DNA of 63,874 nt, counting the filler, from Thelocarpon superellum (lineage: Eukaryota): NCBI GenBank assembly GCA_026025795.1. It is 3 parts of 3 records of this genome, joined end to end, with 100 filler letters (N's around TTAATTAATTAA, not from the genome) between each part and the next. Parts side by side here need not be neighbours in the genome. Positions count along the whole stretch, not along the records: positions 22,593 to 45,075 come from JAPEUG010000296.1; positions 45,176 to 63,874 come from JAPEUG010000357.1; 1 more part is not named here. One strand, given 5' to 3'. The notes beneath the pieces are model-generated. The model was not told where the DNA came from. It searched no databases and saw nothing but the letters and a program-made list of their open reading frames with translations. Within the stretch, counting starts at the first letter, position 1. Each line of letters starts with the position of its first letter. The translations under genes and the position numbers were made by a program. Below, piece by piece: positions 38,201 to 50,809 of the stretch.

Positions 38201-41102
38201 CTGGCATATCTCCATGAGCTGGTCCTGGGGAATGTGCAGGCCATCTTGGACGGCGTGCGAGAATCGTCGTCCACGCGGCTGCTCGATCCGGCCGCCATCC
38301 GAGCGGATCTAGTGATCGACTGTTTGCGATCAACCAGCAATGCGCAGGTACAACAAGCCGGCCTGCTCGTGTTAGCCCGCCTGGCCTCCCTGGCCCCGGA
38401 GTTGGTCCTGCACAGCGTGATGCCCGTGTTCACATTCATGGGAACGGCGCTTCTACGACAGGACGACGAATATTCGGTGCATGTCATCAATCAGGTCAGT
38501 TCGCAAGTCTCCCGCCAGCATGAGAGCAGATGATTGACCTGCGGGACCGGGTAGACGATCGAGCACGTGGTACCGCCCTTGGTGGCCTCCCTCCGACAAC
38601 AGGACCAAAACCTCATCCTGGGCACGGCCGAGCTGCTCTTGAGCTTCGTCGCCGCCTTTGATCACATTCCTGCCCATCGCCGGTTGAAGCTGTACACCTC
38701 GCTGGTGCAGACGCTTGGCGAGGAGGAATTTCTATCGGCGCTCTTGGCCATGCTCGCGAATAAGTTCCCAGGGGTAGGCGTGGTGGAGAGCTTCACCCAA
38801 GATCTCGCCATGCAGTTTCCGGTCCCAACACAGCTAAAGGTGAGTTCTTCTCCCTGCCTGTCGATGGCAGGCCCAGCTGACGATAGGCGCAGGCCACATT
38901 CAAATGTATGGAGCTCGCCATGCACGTGCTCCAACCCGAGGATAGCCCGGCCAAGGCCCTTCTCTGCCCAAGCGATGCCGGACCTGCGGCATCTGTCGTG
39001 GCCTTGCGGTTGCTCCGTCTCATCATCCGCCTCCTTAGCGCGGAGCGGATGGTGGCACGGGTTGGTCAGGCCTTTGCCCAACCGGATACAACCGGCGCCC
39101 CACCGAGCGCAATCTTTTCCGCCTTTCTACAGCAGCTGCTTGGGTTCGCTAGCCGCGTGCGAGGCTACGAGGATCGTAGGTCATCACACGCCCCTTCGAC
39201 CCAAACCCTGAGGCTGATGAAATGGCAGTGCACGATGCTTGTGGCACGCTCTTGAAGGCACTGCTCCATCTCCTATCCACGCCCGAGCTCATCACAGTGG
39301 TTGGAACACTCCTCGATGGAACCGACGATGAGGTTGGCCCACCACACGAGCCACTAGTCGACGCAGCTGACGAGTCGCAGCTTCGTCGTCGATCGTTGAA
39401 AGCCTTCGAGGTTCGGGTCGAGGGTGAGAAGCCTCACGATGCGGCGGCAAGAACGGCCATCGTGTCGTTTGTGCCGCGCATCCTCCGCCTCGTCCAGAGC
39501 TCGGATGATGCGCTGGTCATTCATGCCGCCATCGCATGCATCGATCGCATCCTGGAAAAGTATGGCAAGAAAGACATCCCGGTCGCGACGGCCGCGGCGG
39601 AGATGATTGTGGGAGGGAAGGGGCTCGGCCATGCAGACGCTCGTCTGCGAGTCTTGTCCCTGCTCTCTCTCGCATCTTGCGTCGAAATCCTTGGCGCAGG
39701 CATCATCCCCATCCTTCCGCACGCCCTCCCGCAGACGTTCGACTATCTGCAAACGAGCGTGGCGGACGACGGGCCGAACGGACGCCTCCATGATGCCTGT
39801 TGCACCTTCGTGGAAGCGCTTTTGACGCACGTGCCGTGGATGATGACGAGCGCACACGTGGATCGTCTGATCCACTTGAGCCATCGGTCAGCTGCGGCTA
39901 GCTTGGGCGGGGCCAGTGACGAGAGCCGGCGCCAGCTACTCCAGCTCCTGCCACGACAGGTCGAGGTCAAGGAGTGTCTTGCCGCCGTTGATCGAGGCTG
40001 GTCCGATGCCGTGGATGCGGGGCCGACGGCGCTCGAAGAACACGTCCAAATGCTCGGCATCTGCGTCGAGCGGCAGACGAAGTCAGTCATCGTGAAGCAT
40101 GCGTCCGCTCTCGACGACATCATCCTCAAGGCCCTGGACGTGCGTCGCGCGGCCGTGGTGGACCACCCTGACACCTTCAGTCCCGAAGACGTCACAAGCA
40201 TCGAACAGCAAATCAATAAGGTCCTGATCAATGTGATCATGAAGATGAACGACACCACTTTCCGACCCATCTTCACCGCCATGGTGCAACGCCTCGGCAG
40301 TGTAGGGAAGAAGCGGCCGCAACGAGCGCGCACGTTGCGGCTGATCAGCTTCTACGGATTTCTCCACGTCTTCTTTGACCAATTCCGGGTTCGTCTCCCC
40401 CTCCTTTGATCATCAAGCCTCATGGGGTCGCTGATCTACGTCCAGGCCATCGTCACGGGTTACGCGAGCTATGTACTGGCGTCCGCTGTGGATGCCCTGC
40501 AACACGTGTCGCCAGACGATCAGGAGTCCCTTCGGCTCTGGGCGCTGGTCCACCACACCCTTGCCAAGGCTTTGGAGCACGATCAAGATGGTGAGTGAAA
40601 TGTGGGGGAGTGCGGTGCGGTGGGGACATGACTGCTGAGATGAGATGATAGACTTCTGGCAGTCGCCGGACCACTTCGATGTGATCGCGCCCGTGCTCTT
40701 GTCCCAGCTGGCGCGGGCGGCGACGCTCCCCATCGTCGAGATGGCGGTGCCGACCATCACGGCACTGGCGGGTGCCGTAGACTCGGGGGATCACCACAAG
40801 CGGATGAACGCGGCCATCTTGAAACACATGCGATCGGAGGAGGACTCGGTGCGCCTGGCCGCGATTCAGTGCGAGGAGGCGCTCACGGACCGGCTCGGTG
40901 AAGAATGGCTGGCTCTCCTGCCGGAGATGCTTCCGTTCATCAGCGAGCTACAAGAAGATGATGTACGTGGCGTGTGTGCTCCCAACCGCAGGGGACTTTG
41001 GCTAATCAGCCGCAGGATGAGGACGTGGAACGGGAGACGCATCGGTGGATCGTGCAGATGGAAGGCGTGTTGGGCGAGAGTCTGGAGCCCATGTTGCAGT
41101 AA
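35244..41102 (+). CDS. UTP10: U3 snoRNP t-UTP HEAT-repeat protein Utp10; about 9 exons
   Basis: MASSLAQQL...SLLFDPK, EWLVRRF|RVHEYN...FLPYH, LVLHSVMPVFTFMG, KMNDTTFRPIF and LGEEWLALLPEMLPFISELQEDD. Confidence 0.95.
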
Positions 41103-41478
41103 CTGGTCTCGGCGTAGAGAGAGCATCGCGAAGGCGTGTCGCTCCGCCATGAGCAGTCTCGTCCTAGATCTCATCCTTTCATCAAGTGGCCCTCCCACCG
41201 AGGTGGGGCGTCAAGTGGAGCGAGCGCAGCAAGTGGAGGCGGGTGAGGGATGAGGCGAGTCGGCTAATCCTTCTTCCAAGGGGAAAGAGGGAGACACCGC
41301 CCTCGTGATGCTCCAAGGCGACTATCGCCGGATCCAAGTACTCAATGCAACGGATGCTGGTCGTCGTTGGGGGTGCGGTGGCCTGATCGCACCAGTTCCT
41401 TGGCTCGATTGTCTCGGACCCTCGTTGTCGGTGGAGTGTCGTCGCTCATCCTTTCTGCGGCGCGTTGAGGGCGACACC

Positions 41479-43469
41479 ATGACTACGCTGGTACCTCGAC
41501 CGCCATACACGCCTGAAGAGCTGAGGGCCTTGTATCCCAGCGGGCTGCGGCTGGAATTGGTTCAGGTCGTACGTGCACCGCCATGGATCATTCTCCCCCC
41601 CATGCGCCCGCAGTTGACCGGCACTGATGTTGCTCCCATTGACAGCTCCTTCGACATGGTACGCTGTGGAGCCCCCCCGCACCTTGACGAGGACTTCTTG
41701 ACCTGCGGGGCCGCCCCCTCCACCACCGGCAGCTGACTCATATTCTCCTCTAGGAGAGAGAAGTCCAGTGTCGACGCGATTTCGCAATGTAGGCGTGGTC
41801 CCGATCGCATGATGATTCGATCCACTGACGTGTCGTCAGGCAGGTCTCCCGGCATGTAAGTCGACCACCCGCCCTTCATCCCGTCCCACGACTGATGGAC
41901 GCCGGCAGATTGGCCCTACTGCGCGGCGGCGCGGCACCTCTCGAACGCCATCATGACGGAGAAGGATGCATCGAGATGGGACAAGGTCGAGTGGCGCCGG
42001 CGACTGGAGACATTTGGCCGGGATGATGGGCCCGTCATCGCCACGGGACCCAGGGCCGAAGTGGATTCCATCTGGTACCCTCCCGATCGTTTCGCCCGAC
42101 GACGACGACGTGGCACTGAGGGGACTTGTCTAGTAATCTGGGCGAGTTGACGGACAAAGGCCGCCAGACGACGCTCGCCCTTGGCCAGCGACTGCGCCAT
42201 CTCTACGTGGACCAGCTGGGGTACATGCCCAAGCTGATTGCCGATGCGGACATGATCTACCTCCGGGCGACGCCGATTCCCCGCGCGCTGGAGTCGGTGC
42301 AGCAGAGCTTCTGGGGCATGTACCCGCCCTCGGCTCGGACCATGGACTTTCCCACGCCAACCATCGTCACCCGCACGCCGGCCGAGGAGACGCTCTATCC
42401 AAACGATGGCAATTGCCGGCGCTTGAGCCAACTGAGCAGCGCCTTCGCCCAGCGCACGGCCGATCGGTGGAACCAGTCGAGCGAGATGGACTACCTCCAC
42501 CACCTGATGGGCAAGTGGATGGCGTCGGGGCAGCGCGTGGCCATCGACGCGCATCCCCGTCTGTCGGGCGTGATGGATACGGTCAACTCGACTCTGGCCC
42601 ATGGGCCGGAGACGCGGCTGCCCCGCGAATTCTACGACGCCAAAGGCCGCGATACGATGGAGCGCATCGAGATGGAGGAGTGGTTCTCGGGGTATCGCGA
42701 GAGCGTTGAGTACCGCAAGCTGGGCATTGGATCGCTGATGGGCGATGTGGTGTCACGTATGGTCGGCAGCGTCGAGGGGAACGGCAGCGACGGACTGGAG
42801 GAGATTGGCGGCGACGATCAGCATCCCGGCCTCGGCCGCGGCGGCGAGCAGCGGATCAAGTTCGCCATGGCGGGCTGTCACGACACCACGCTGGCCGCGG
42901 TCCTAGGCAGCCTCGGGGCCTTGGACGCAGAGAAGGCCCGCTGGCCGCCTTACACCAGTCACATCGCCGTCGAGCTCTTCCGCGCGCACGACGCCACCCT
43001 CCCGACGCCCCAACCGGCGCGCGCCGAAGCCATGATCTCGGATGGAGGGGCTGGTGACGTCACGGGGCGTGAGCGGAGTCTCTGGCAAAGCTTGGTGGAC
43101 CGCGTCGTCGGTCGTTCTGCCCTTCAGCCGGGCGCGGTGGGAATCGGTCGACAGCCTTTGTCCGGCTTGCCCCCGGCCGAGCAGGCTGTACTCGATGGCT
43201 ACTTTGTCCGATTACGATATAACGATGCGCCGATTGTGGTGCCCGGCTGCCAGACCCGTGGCAAGCATCTCGAGGGAGACGAGAGCTTCTGCACCTTGGT
43301 TAGTCTGCCTCTCACGTACCCGCCAATGAACTCATCTGATCTGTCGTCCTCTTAGGCTGCGTTCAAGAACATTGTAGACAAGTACACCCCTCGCAACTGG
43401 AAACAAGAATGTGGCTCCAACCTGGACCAGCCTCCCTTCCCGCCCGCCGTGGAGCCGGCAGGCATTTGA
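41479..43469 (+). CDS. Histidine acid phosphatase (clade 2); 7 exons including micro-exons
   Basis: Spliced catalytic motif LLRH|GERSP, YWPYC, C|NLGELTDKGR, R..RALES and CHDTT (HD motif). Confidence 0.9.
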
Positions 43470-43945
43470 GGAGGATGAGCTGCAGGGATCAGTGAGCACC
43501 ACACGCGTCGTATCTGCACGTAGATCATGGAGTATATTGATTGCATAGAATGACGCATCCACATCGGCGGCGGTGCACTTCATCCGGCACCAGGCTTCCG
43601 ATGACAGCATCATGGATAGACGGTGAAGAGCTGGACCTGACCCTGCATCCTGGGACCCGTCAATCAGGTCGGTTAGCTAGCGAGCGTGGCAGATGATGTC
43701 GGGACGAGGACGAGTGCGGGCAATTGCAGGCGGGTGCTCGGGTGTAACTTGGTGTGGAGCTGCAGCTCATGGATGAGACGAGCCTCGTCAGCATGAACAT
43801 TGCCCACATTCACGCACGCGAGCCGAGAGCTCCCCGGCCATAACGTCGATCGCCGCCGGTTCTTGGTGGATGTACGAAGTCCAGCTCTCCATCGCCTGCT
43901 GAGGCTGCCCCGTACTCTTCGAGCTGCGCGCTGCTTCAACACTCT

Positions 43946-43977
43946 ACTCTGTGCTCTGTGCTCTGTGCTCTGTGCTC
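43946..43977 (+). repeat. (CTCTGTG)4 microsatellite
   Basis: ctctgtgctctgtgctctgtgctctgtgct read directly upstream of GTR2. Confidence 0.8.
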
Positions 43978-44020
43978 CGAGCTCCGAGCTCAGTGAGCCG
44001 TTCTTCGATGCGCGCACCGC

Positions 44021-45075
44021 ATGGACCCCAACCACACCGCCGTGGCCGCTCCCGGGAGACTGGCCACCAGTAAGCTGAGAGATGGGAAACCACGATTGCT
44101 GCTGATGGGTCAGCGACGGTGCGCACCCGTCCACATGCCGCCCCCGACCGTCTGCCGCTGCTAATGGCGTCACGCGGGGAGGATAGGAGCGGCAAGACCT
44201 CCATCTCCAGCGTCGTCTTTCACAAGATGCCTCCGCCCGAGACCTTGTTCCTCGAATCGACGTCGCGCATCCAGAAAGACTCTATGCAGTAAGTGCGGGC
44301 TGGGCCGCACCCCGCCGTACCCGAGGCTCACGCACGACAGCTCCTTCATGGACTTTCAAGTCTGGGACTTTCCCGGCCAGCTCGACTTTCTCGACCCGCA
44401 ATTCGACGTGGACAATATCTTTGGGGAGATTGGGGCGTTGATCTGGGTCATCGACGCGCAGGACGAGTACCTCGACGCCATCAACCGGCTCAACACGACG
44501 ATCCTCAACCTGCAGCAGACGTACCCGCTCATCAACATCGAGGTCTTCATCCACAAGGTGGACGGTTTGTCGGAGGACTACAAGTTCGACATCCAGCGTG
44601 ACATCATCCAACGCATCCAAGACGAGCTGTCGGACGCCGGCTACGACAATGCGCCGGTCAACTTCCACCTGACGAGCATCTACGACCACTCCATCTTCGA
44701 GGCCTTTAGCAAGGTGATTCAGAAGCTGATTCCCCAGCTGCCGACGCTCGAGAACCTGCTCAACCTCCTCTGCTCCAACTGCCACATGGACAAGACCTTT
44801 CTCTTCGACGTGCTCAGCAAGATCTACATCGCTACGGATACGAGTCCGGTGGACATGCCGAGCTACGAGGTCTGCTCGGACTACATCGACGTCATTGTCG
44901 ACGTCAGCGAGATCTACGGCTGGGACCGACCGCAGGAGGTGTTGGATGATCCATGGCGAGAAAAGGCTTTGCCGGATGCCGAGAGCACCATCTTGCTGTA
45001 CAGCAACCGCTATCTCTATTTGCGAGAGATCAACAAGTATGTCGTCGCCGTGGCTGGACGTTCGTGTGCGCTGCT
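44021..45075 (+). CDS. GTR2: Rag GTPase Gtr2 (RagC/D); 3' end lost at the gap, start approximate
   Basis: [65 protein letters not shown] and SKIYIATD. Confidence 0.95.
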
Positions 45076-45175
45076 NNNNNNNNNNNNNNNNNNNNNNNNN
45101 NNNNNNNNNNNNNNNNNNNTTAATTAATTAANNNNNNNNNNNNNNNNNNNNNNNNNNNNNNNNNNNNNNNNNNNN
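45076..45175. other. Artificial contig linker (44 N + TTAATTAATTAA + 44 N)
   Basis: Same 100-bp structure as 22493-22592. Confidence 0.97.
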
Positions 45176-45468
45176 AGAAGGGGCAGACACAGAGGCAGCA
45201 GATGTGGCCAGCTGGGAAGCAGTGAAAACGCCGGCTTGGTCGTCAGATGTGCGTGAGGGAGGAGCGGGCGCAGGAGCAGACCCTCGGTCAGCCAACGTCC
45301 TGGGGGACCATTTGGTGGATAGCCATCGAGCATCGGGATGAAGTCGGGGTGGGTTTTTGGGAAGCAAGGCAATACTAATGGCAGAGTCCATCATCGTCGT
45401 TAGCAAAGTGCTCCGCCGTCTCTATTGATGAACATTGGTCCTTTCCGAAGCTTGGGAGCAGTCCCGAG

Positions 45469-45770
45469 GTACAAGCACGGGTAAGTACAAGCACGGGTAA
45501 GTACAAGCACGGGTAAGTACAAGCACGGGTAAGTACAAGCACGGGTAAGTACAAGCACGGGTAAGTACAAGCACGGGTAAGTACAAGCACGGGTAAGTAC
45601 AAGCATGGGAAAGTCCGAGCACGGGAAAGTACAAGCACGGAAAAGTACAAGCACGGGTAAGTACAAGCACGGGTAAGTACAAGCACGGGTAAGTACAAGC
45701 ATGGGAAAGTCCGAGCACGGGAAAGTACAAGCACGGAAAAGTACGAGCATGGGAAAGTCCGAGCACGGGA
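45469..45770 (+). repeat. 16-bp minisatellite, about 19 copies, consensus GTACAAGCACGGGTAA
   Basis: Eight perfect units, then variants GTACAAGCATGGGAAA, GTCCGAGCACGGGAAA and GTACAAGCACGGAAAA. There are no spacers. Confidence 0.97.
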
Positions 45771-46384
45771 GTGGTCATTGCTGACCGGTCAGACAGACCA
45801 GCCGTAGCGGATCAGCACTTTCGACAGAGAGTTAGCTGAAGGTCACTTGTGAAGTAGCTGGCTTCTAGAATCAACCTGGCTTGAGAAGTGCACGGTGGGG
45901 CGACCTGCTGGAGCCGCTGTCTTTCGCGTGAGTGGAGAGGGGACAAGCACTGGTCGACAGCAACCACAAAGAATCATCTTGACTCCCTCTGACCTTCTTT
46001 GTGCACGGCAGACGGACGAGTGCTACTCGTGGGGGAATGTGACGGTGAGCGAGAGCATGATGACCGTCGACGTTAGTAGCACAGTCAGTGGCACGGCCGT
46101 TAGGATGTTCATGTCATCCGTGGGCGTGTAAGCGAGCTCGACCGGCTTCAGACACTACCCGTGCAATGAGCCACCGCCGCTCCTGATTGATCGAGAGGAC
46201 GGAGGGATCTTCACATCCGGCATGAGGTCCTCTTCAAAGACATGCTCATGGTCGAGAAGGCAACACCCACGCGGTCAGCGTAAGAGTACGGCGTGCTTAC
46301 TAAGGACCAGCTGGCTTCCTAAGAGATTCGTGTTTCCTACATCCGCAGTGTTTCGCACTTCACAAGTCCTCACGGTGGCTAAGG

Positions 46385-47701
46385 ATGGGGAAATCGTCCA
46401 AGGACAAGCGGGACGCATATTACCGATTGGCCAAGGAGCAAGGATGGCGCGCCCGGAGTGCCTTCAAGCTGCTCCAGCTGGACGAAGAGTTCCAGCTGTT
46501 GCACGGCGTGACCCGCGTCGTCGACCTCTGCGCCGCCCCCGGCAGCTGGAGCCAAGTGCTGTCACGCGTCCTCATCCAAGGCGACCGCCCGGGCGGCCGC
46601 GCCGGGTGGGATCGGCAGCAGGCCTTGGCGCGCGCCAGGATTTTTGGCCATGAGGCGCCTGGCTCACAGGGGCTGGGCCCGGAATCCCATCCGGCGCCCG
46701 TGGGGTTGGCACGGCCGGAGCTACCGCCCAGCGACGGCCGAGGGGGACCGGGCGGAGCAGAGGAAGCGGTCAAGATCGTCGCCATCGATCTCCAGCCCAT
46801 GACGCCGCTGCCGGGCATCATCACGCTCCAGGCCGACATCACCCATGCCTCCACCATCCCGCGGCTCCTCCAGGCCCTGGACCCGGACCTTGACCCCGTC
46901 ACCGGCGCGATCCCTGCGTCTGCTCCCGCGGCCCATCCCGTTGACCTGGTGCTCTCCGACGGCGCCCCGGATGTGACGGGCTTGCATGATCTCGACATCT
47001 ACGTGCAGAGCCAGCTGCTCTCGGCCGCCTTGAACCTGGCCGTGTGCGTGCTCAAGCCCGGCGGCAAGTTCGTGGCCAAGATCTTCCGCGGCAAGGATGT
47101 AGACCTGCTCTACGCCCAGCTCCGCCTGCTCTTTGGCCGCGTCACCATCGCCAAACCCCGCAGCTCGCGCGCCAGCAGCATCGAGGCCTTTGTCGTATGC
47201 GAGCACTTTGACCCGCCCGCGGGCGTCCGGCCGGCCAGCTTGAATGGTCCGTCGCTGGGCCATGTGGGAGGGGCGTGGCATGCACGGTCCCTGCCTGAAA
47301 CGGACCGGCCGCCCACGTCCCGCCGGGGCCCAGGTCATGGCCCAGACTCAGCCAGCCGCCGGGTGCGCGACGACGGGATCGTCGAGCTTCACCTAGGCTC
47401 CGATCATGAAGAGGTCGAGGAAGCAGGTGGGGATGACGACGGTGAGCACGAGAAAGAAGAGTCGTCGCCGGAGGAGGCATCAAAGAACGCCAGCCGCTGG
47501 ATCGCCCCCTTCCTAGCGTGCGGCGACCTCTCCGCCTTTGACGCCGACGCCTCCTATCATCTACCCAAAGATCGCGCCTCTCTTGATCCGGTCCAGCCGC
47601 CCACGGCGCCGCCGTACAAGCAGGCGCTGGAGATGAGGAAGCGGGCGGGCGGGGCGTACGGGAAGACAAAGGGTGCGGATGAGCCGTTTCGCGGTACATA
47701 G
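46385..47701 (+). CDS. TRM7: tRNA (Cm32/Nm34) 2'-O-methyltransferase, FtsJ family; apparently intronless
   Basis: [71 protein letters not shown] and [12 protein letters not shown]. Confidence 0.96.
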   Translation: MGKSSKDKRDAYYRLAKEQGWRARSAFKLLQLDEEFQLLHGVTRVVDLCAAPGSWSQVLSRVLIQGDRPGGRAGWDRQQALARARIFGHEAPGSQGLGPESHPAPVGLARPELPPSDGRGGPGGAEEAVKIVAIDLQPMTPLPGIITLQADITHASTIPRLLQALDPDLDPVTGAIPASAPAAHPVDLVLSDGAPDVTGLHDLDIYVQSQLLSAALNLAVCVLKPGGKFVAKIFRGKDVDLLYAQLRLLFGRVTIAKPRSSRASSIEAFVVCEHFDPPAGVRPASLNGPSLGHVGGAWHARSLPETDRPPTSRRGPGHGPDSASRRVRDDGIVELHLGSDHEEVEEAGGDDDGEHEKEESSPEEASKNASRWIAPFLACGDLSAFDADASYHLPKDRASLDPVQPPTAPPYKQALEMRKRAGGAYGKTKGADEPFRGT

Positions 47702-47754
47702 CATACACCGACCCCTCGCTCAAGCGGGACCGGAGCCCAACGCCCGTCCGTCCT

Positions 47755-49376
47755 TCATAGCCCATCCTTTCCGCCCTCAAACTCCTCGACGTCATACTCC
47801 TGCGGGTACTTGTGCAAGATTTCCCTCAACTCCTGGATCTGGGCCTCGCTCTCCTCCGACAGCTCCTCGTAGACGTCGGTGAACATGGCGCGCAGCGGCG
47901 GGCGCTTCTCTTTCTCGGCCGCGGCAAAGGCGTGCAGGACCTGGCGACGGATGGTGGTGCGCGCGTCCTTCTCCCGCTCCTCGTCCCAGATGCCACGCCG
48001 CTCCAGCCACTTGCGGAGGCGGGTGATGGGGTTATCGCGCCGCTTCCAATCTTCGACTTCGACGCGGGCGCGGTAGGCGAAGCTGTCGTCGCTGGTGCTG
48101 TGATGGCTGACGCGGTAACTCATGGCCTCGATCAAGACGGGCCGGCCGCCCTCCTCCAAGGCCATCTTGCGCGCCTCGCGCGTGACCTCGCGCACGGCCC
48201 ACACGTCGTTGCCGTCGACGCGGATGGTGTCGATGCCGTAGCCAACGCCGCGGCTGGCGATGCCGTCGCCGCGGTATTGTTCCAGCGTGGGCGTCGAGAT
48301 GGCGTAGCCGTTGTTGCGGCAGATGAAGATGATGGGACAGGAGCGCGTGGCGGCGATGTTCAGGGCGGCGTGGAAGTCACCCTCGCTCGCCGCGCCCTCG
48401 CCGAAATAACAGGCCACGACGCGCGCGGGAAGATCGGGGCTCGATAGCGCCTGCAGCTTCAGTGCATATGCCGCCCCGGACGCTTGGGGGATCTGCGTGG
48501 CGAGCGGCGACGAGATGGTGTGCTGCACAGGTCCGCATCAGTCACGTTCACCCCCACGCCTCTTCTCTCCAGCGGGAAAAAGGGGTCCACGGACGATGTT
48601 GAGTTCCTTGCTCCCGTAATGCACCGGCATATTCCGACCTTTCCCATGGTCGTTGCGGTTGGCAAAGAGCTGGCTCATGAAGTTCTCCAACGTAAATCCC
48701 CGTTGCTGATAGACCCCGGTTTCCCGATACTGCGCAAAGATGACATCTTCCGGCTGTAGGGTCGAGGCGGACCCCACCGCGATGCCCTCTTCGCCCGCCG
48801 AGACCTGTTTCCGCGTCAGGATCTTTGTAGCAATCTCCGGGTGGGGAGGACGAACCATGTAGAAGCTCAAACGGCCCTGTCGCTGGGCATCGAACATGAT
48901 CAAATCCATGATGCTGACTGGTGAGGCGGTCAGATCCACCCGTACCTCTCTCTCCCCCAGCACGCCCTCGATCGTCCCACTCACCGGTGAGCATGTCCTT
49001 GTAGAGCTCGATGGCCTCCTCGTCGCTGACATCATTGGGAGCTCTGGCCTCGTCGACAATGACCCCGTCCGAGTCCATGATGCGATACGTCGGAATGGCG
49101 GGGAAGGTCGAAGGTTTCTGAAAGGCCAGGTCGGTCGTGAATTTGCTGTTGATTGCGCCGGGGAAATGCACACTGGAACCCCCTTAGCACCTCTGAATGT
49201 GGTTTCGATCGATTCCACGCATGGACGTACCTGTCCGCCCCCGGTCTCTGGGACATGGAGTTCCATCTCCGGGCACCGGGACTCCGACGCCATCGTGTGA
49301 GGGTGCGTCCCGAACGGGAGGCCCGCTCCAATTGGCACAGGCGGAGATGTTTCGGCACTATGGACATTGTGCTCAT
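47755..49376 (-). CDS. Branched-chain 2-oxoacid dehydrogenase E1 alpha subunit, mitochondrial; 5 exons
   Basis: Arg-rich presequence, AQRQGRLSFYM|VSAGEE, GRNMPVHYG, ISSPLATQIPQA, ThDP motif GEGAASEGDFH...NNGYAIST and HHSTSDDSFAYR. Confidence 0.94.
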
Positions 49377-49684
49377 TCTTCTTCTTCTTCTTCTTCCCTC
49401 CTCGCCACCATCGTCCAGGTCTTAAGGATACACGGGGCGAATGGCGGTCGACGAGTACTTCATGAGACCAGGACATTAATGATCAAGACGGGCGGCGGTT
49501 AGCGTCGGCTCGCTCGCCTGCTGCCTCTTGGACGCTGAAGATGGAAAGGCGGCGGTGAAGCATAACTATGTAAATTTGTGGTACGACCAGGTCGAAAGTC
49601 AATGTGCAGCCGACGTCGATACTCGCATCAAACGTCACTTCGTTCTTTGACCACGAGCTCCCGGAGCTCCCAGGTGCAACGAAG

Positions 49685-50739
49685 ATGACCACGGGAAGCA
49701 TACCACGAGCACTAGCTCGCTCTCCCAGCACCATCTGGAGGGGGTCTATCAAGCAAGCACATCGGTGCTTTTCATGCTCGAGATACCGCCATCAACAGCA
49801 CCCGCGTAGCCATGTATCGCCCGAGGAGCCCACCACGCATTTCGGCTTCGAGACCGTGGCGGAATCAGCCAAGGAATCCAAAGGTGCGCCCCTCCTTCAC
49901 CACAAGCCCCAACAGCACTCCCTCTGCTAACCACCACCACCCGCCTCGCAGTCGGCGCCGTCTTCTCCTCCGTCGCGGCCTCCTACGACACGATGAACGA
50001 CCTAATGTCCGGCGGGATCCACCGGCTCTGGAAGGACCACTTCGTACGGTCGCTCAACCCCGGAAACGACGCCTCGCTCTCCCCCAGTGGAGGCAAGGCC
50101 GGAGGCCTGGCCCATGGCGGATGGAAGATCCTCGACATCGCAGGCGGGACGGGGGACGTGGCGTTTCGGCTGCTGGACCACGCGACGCACGTCAACGGGG
50201 ACGACGGGACGCAAGTCACGGTGGCGGACATCAACGCGGCCATGCTGTCCGAGGGGCGCAAGCGCAGCCTGCAGACGGCCTACGCGCCGCCGTCGGCCCG
50301 GCTGCGCTTCCTCGAAGCCAACGCGGAAAACCTGGGGGCCGTCATCCCGGACAATAGCATCGACCTGTACACGGTGGCGTTTGGCATCCGCAATTTCACG
50401 AACAAGCGCGCGGCGCTGCGCGAGGCCCTGCGCGTGCTCAAGCCCGGCGGCGTGTTTGCGTGTCTGGAGTTCAGCAAGGTGACCAACCCGCTCCTCGACG
50501 CGCTGTACAAGCGCTGGAGCTTCGGCGCCATCCCCCTCATCGGGCAGCTCGTCGCGGGTGATCGCGACAGCTACCAGTATCTCGTCGAGAGCATCGAGCG
50601 CTTTCCGTCGCAGGAGGAGTTTCGGGATCTGATTCGCGACGTCGGCTTCGTCGTGCCTGGCCAAGGCTGGGAGGATCTTACGGCCGGAGTGGCGGCCATT
50701 CACAAGGGCGTCAAGCCGTTAGAGGGCCAGGCTCGCTGA
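49685..50739 (+). CDS. COQ5: 2-methoxy-6-polyprenyl-1,4-benzoquinol methyltransferase; 1 intron
   Basis: THFGFETV, VFSSVAASYDTMNDLMSGGIHRLWKD, LDIAGGTGD, AFGIRNFT and SYQYLVESIERFPSQEEF. Confidence 0.96.
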
Positions 50740-50809
50740 TGATGATGATGATCATCTTTTGCTGCGTATGCATATCTCGGCGTTGGCCATAATCTTCGTC
50801 ATTCATGGT

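Noticed and set aside
45469..45770. CRISPR array, or repetitive proteins (RACTYPCLYLPVLVLT) in three minus-strand ORFs
   Set aside because: The units are head to tail with no unique spacers, no cas genes are present and the host is eukaryotic. The ORFs are a by-product of a stop-free 16-mer.
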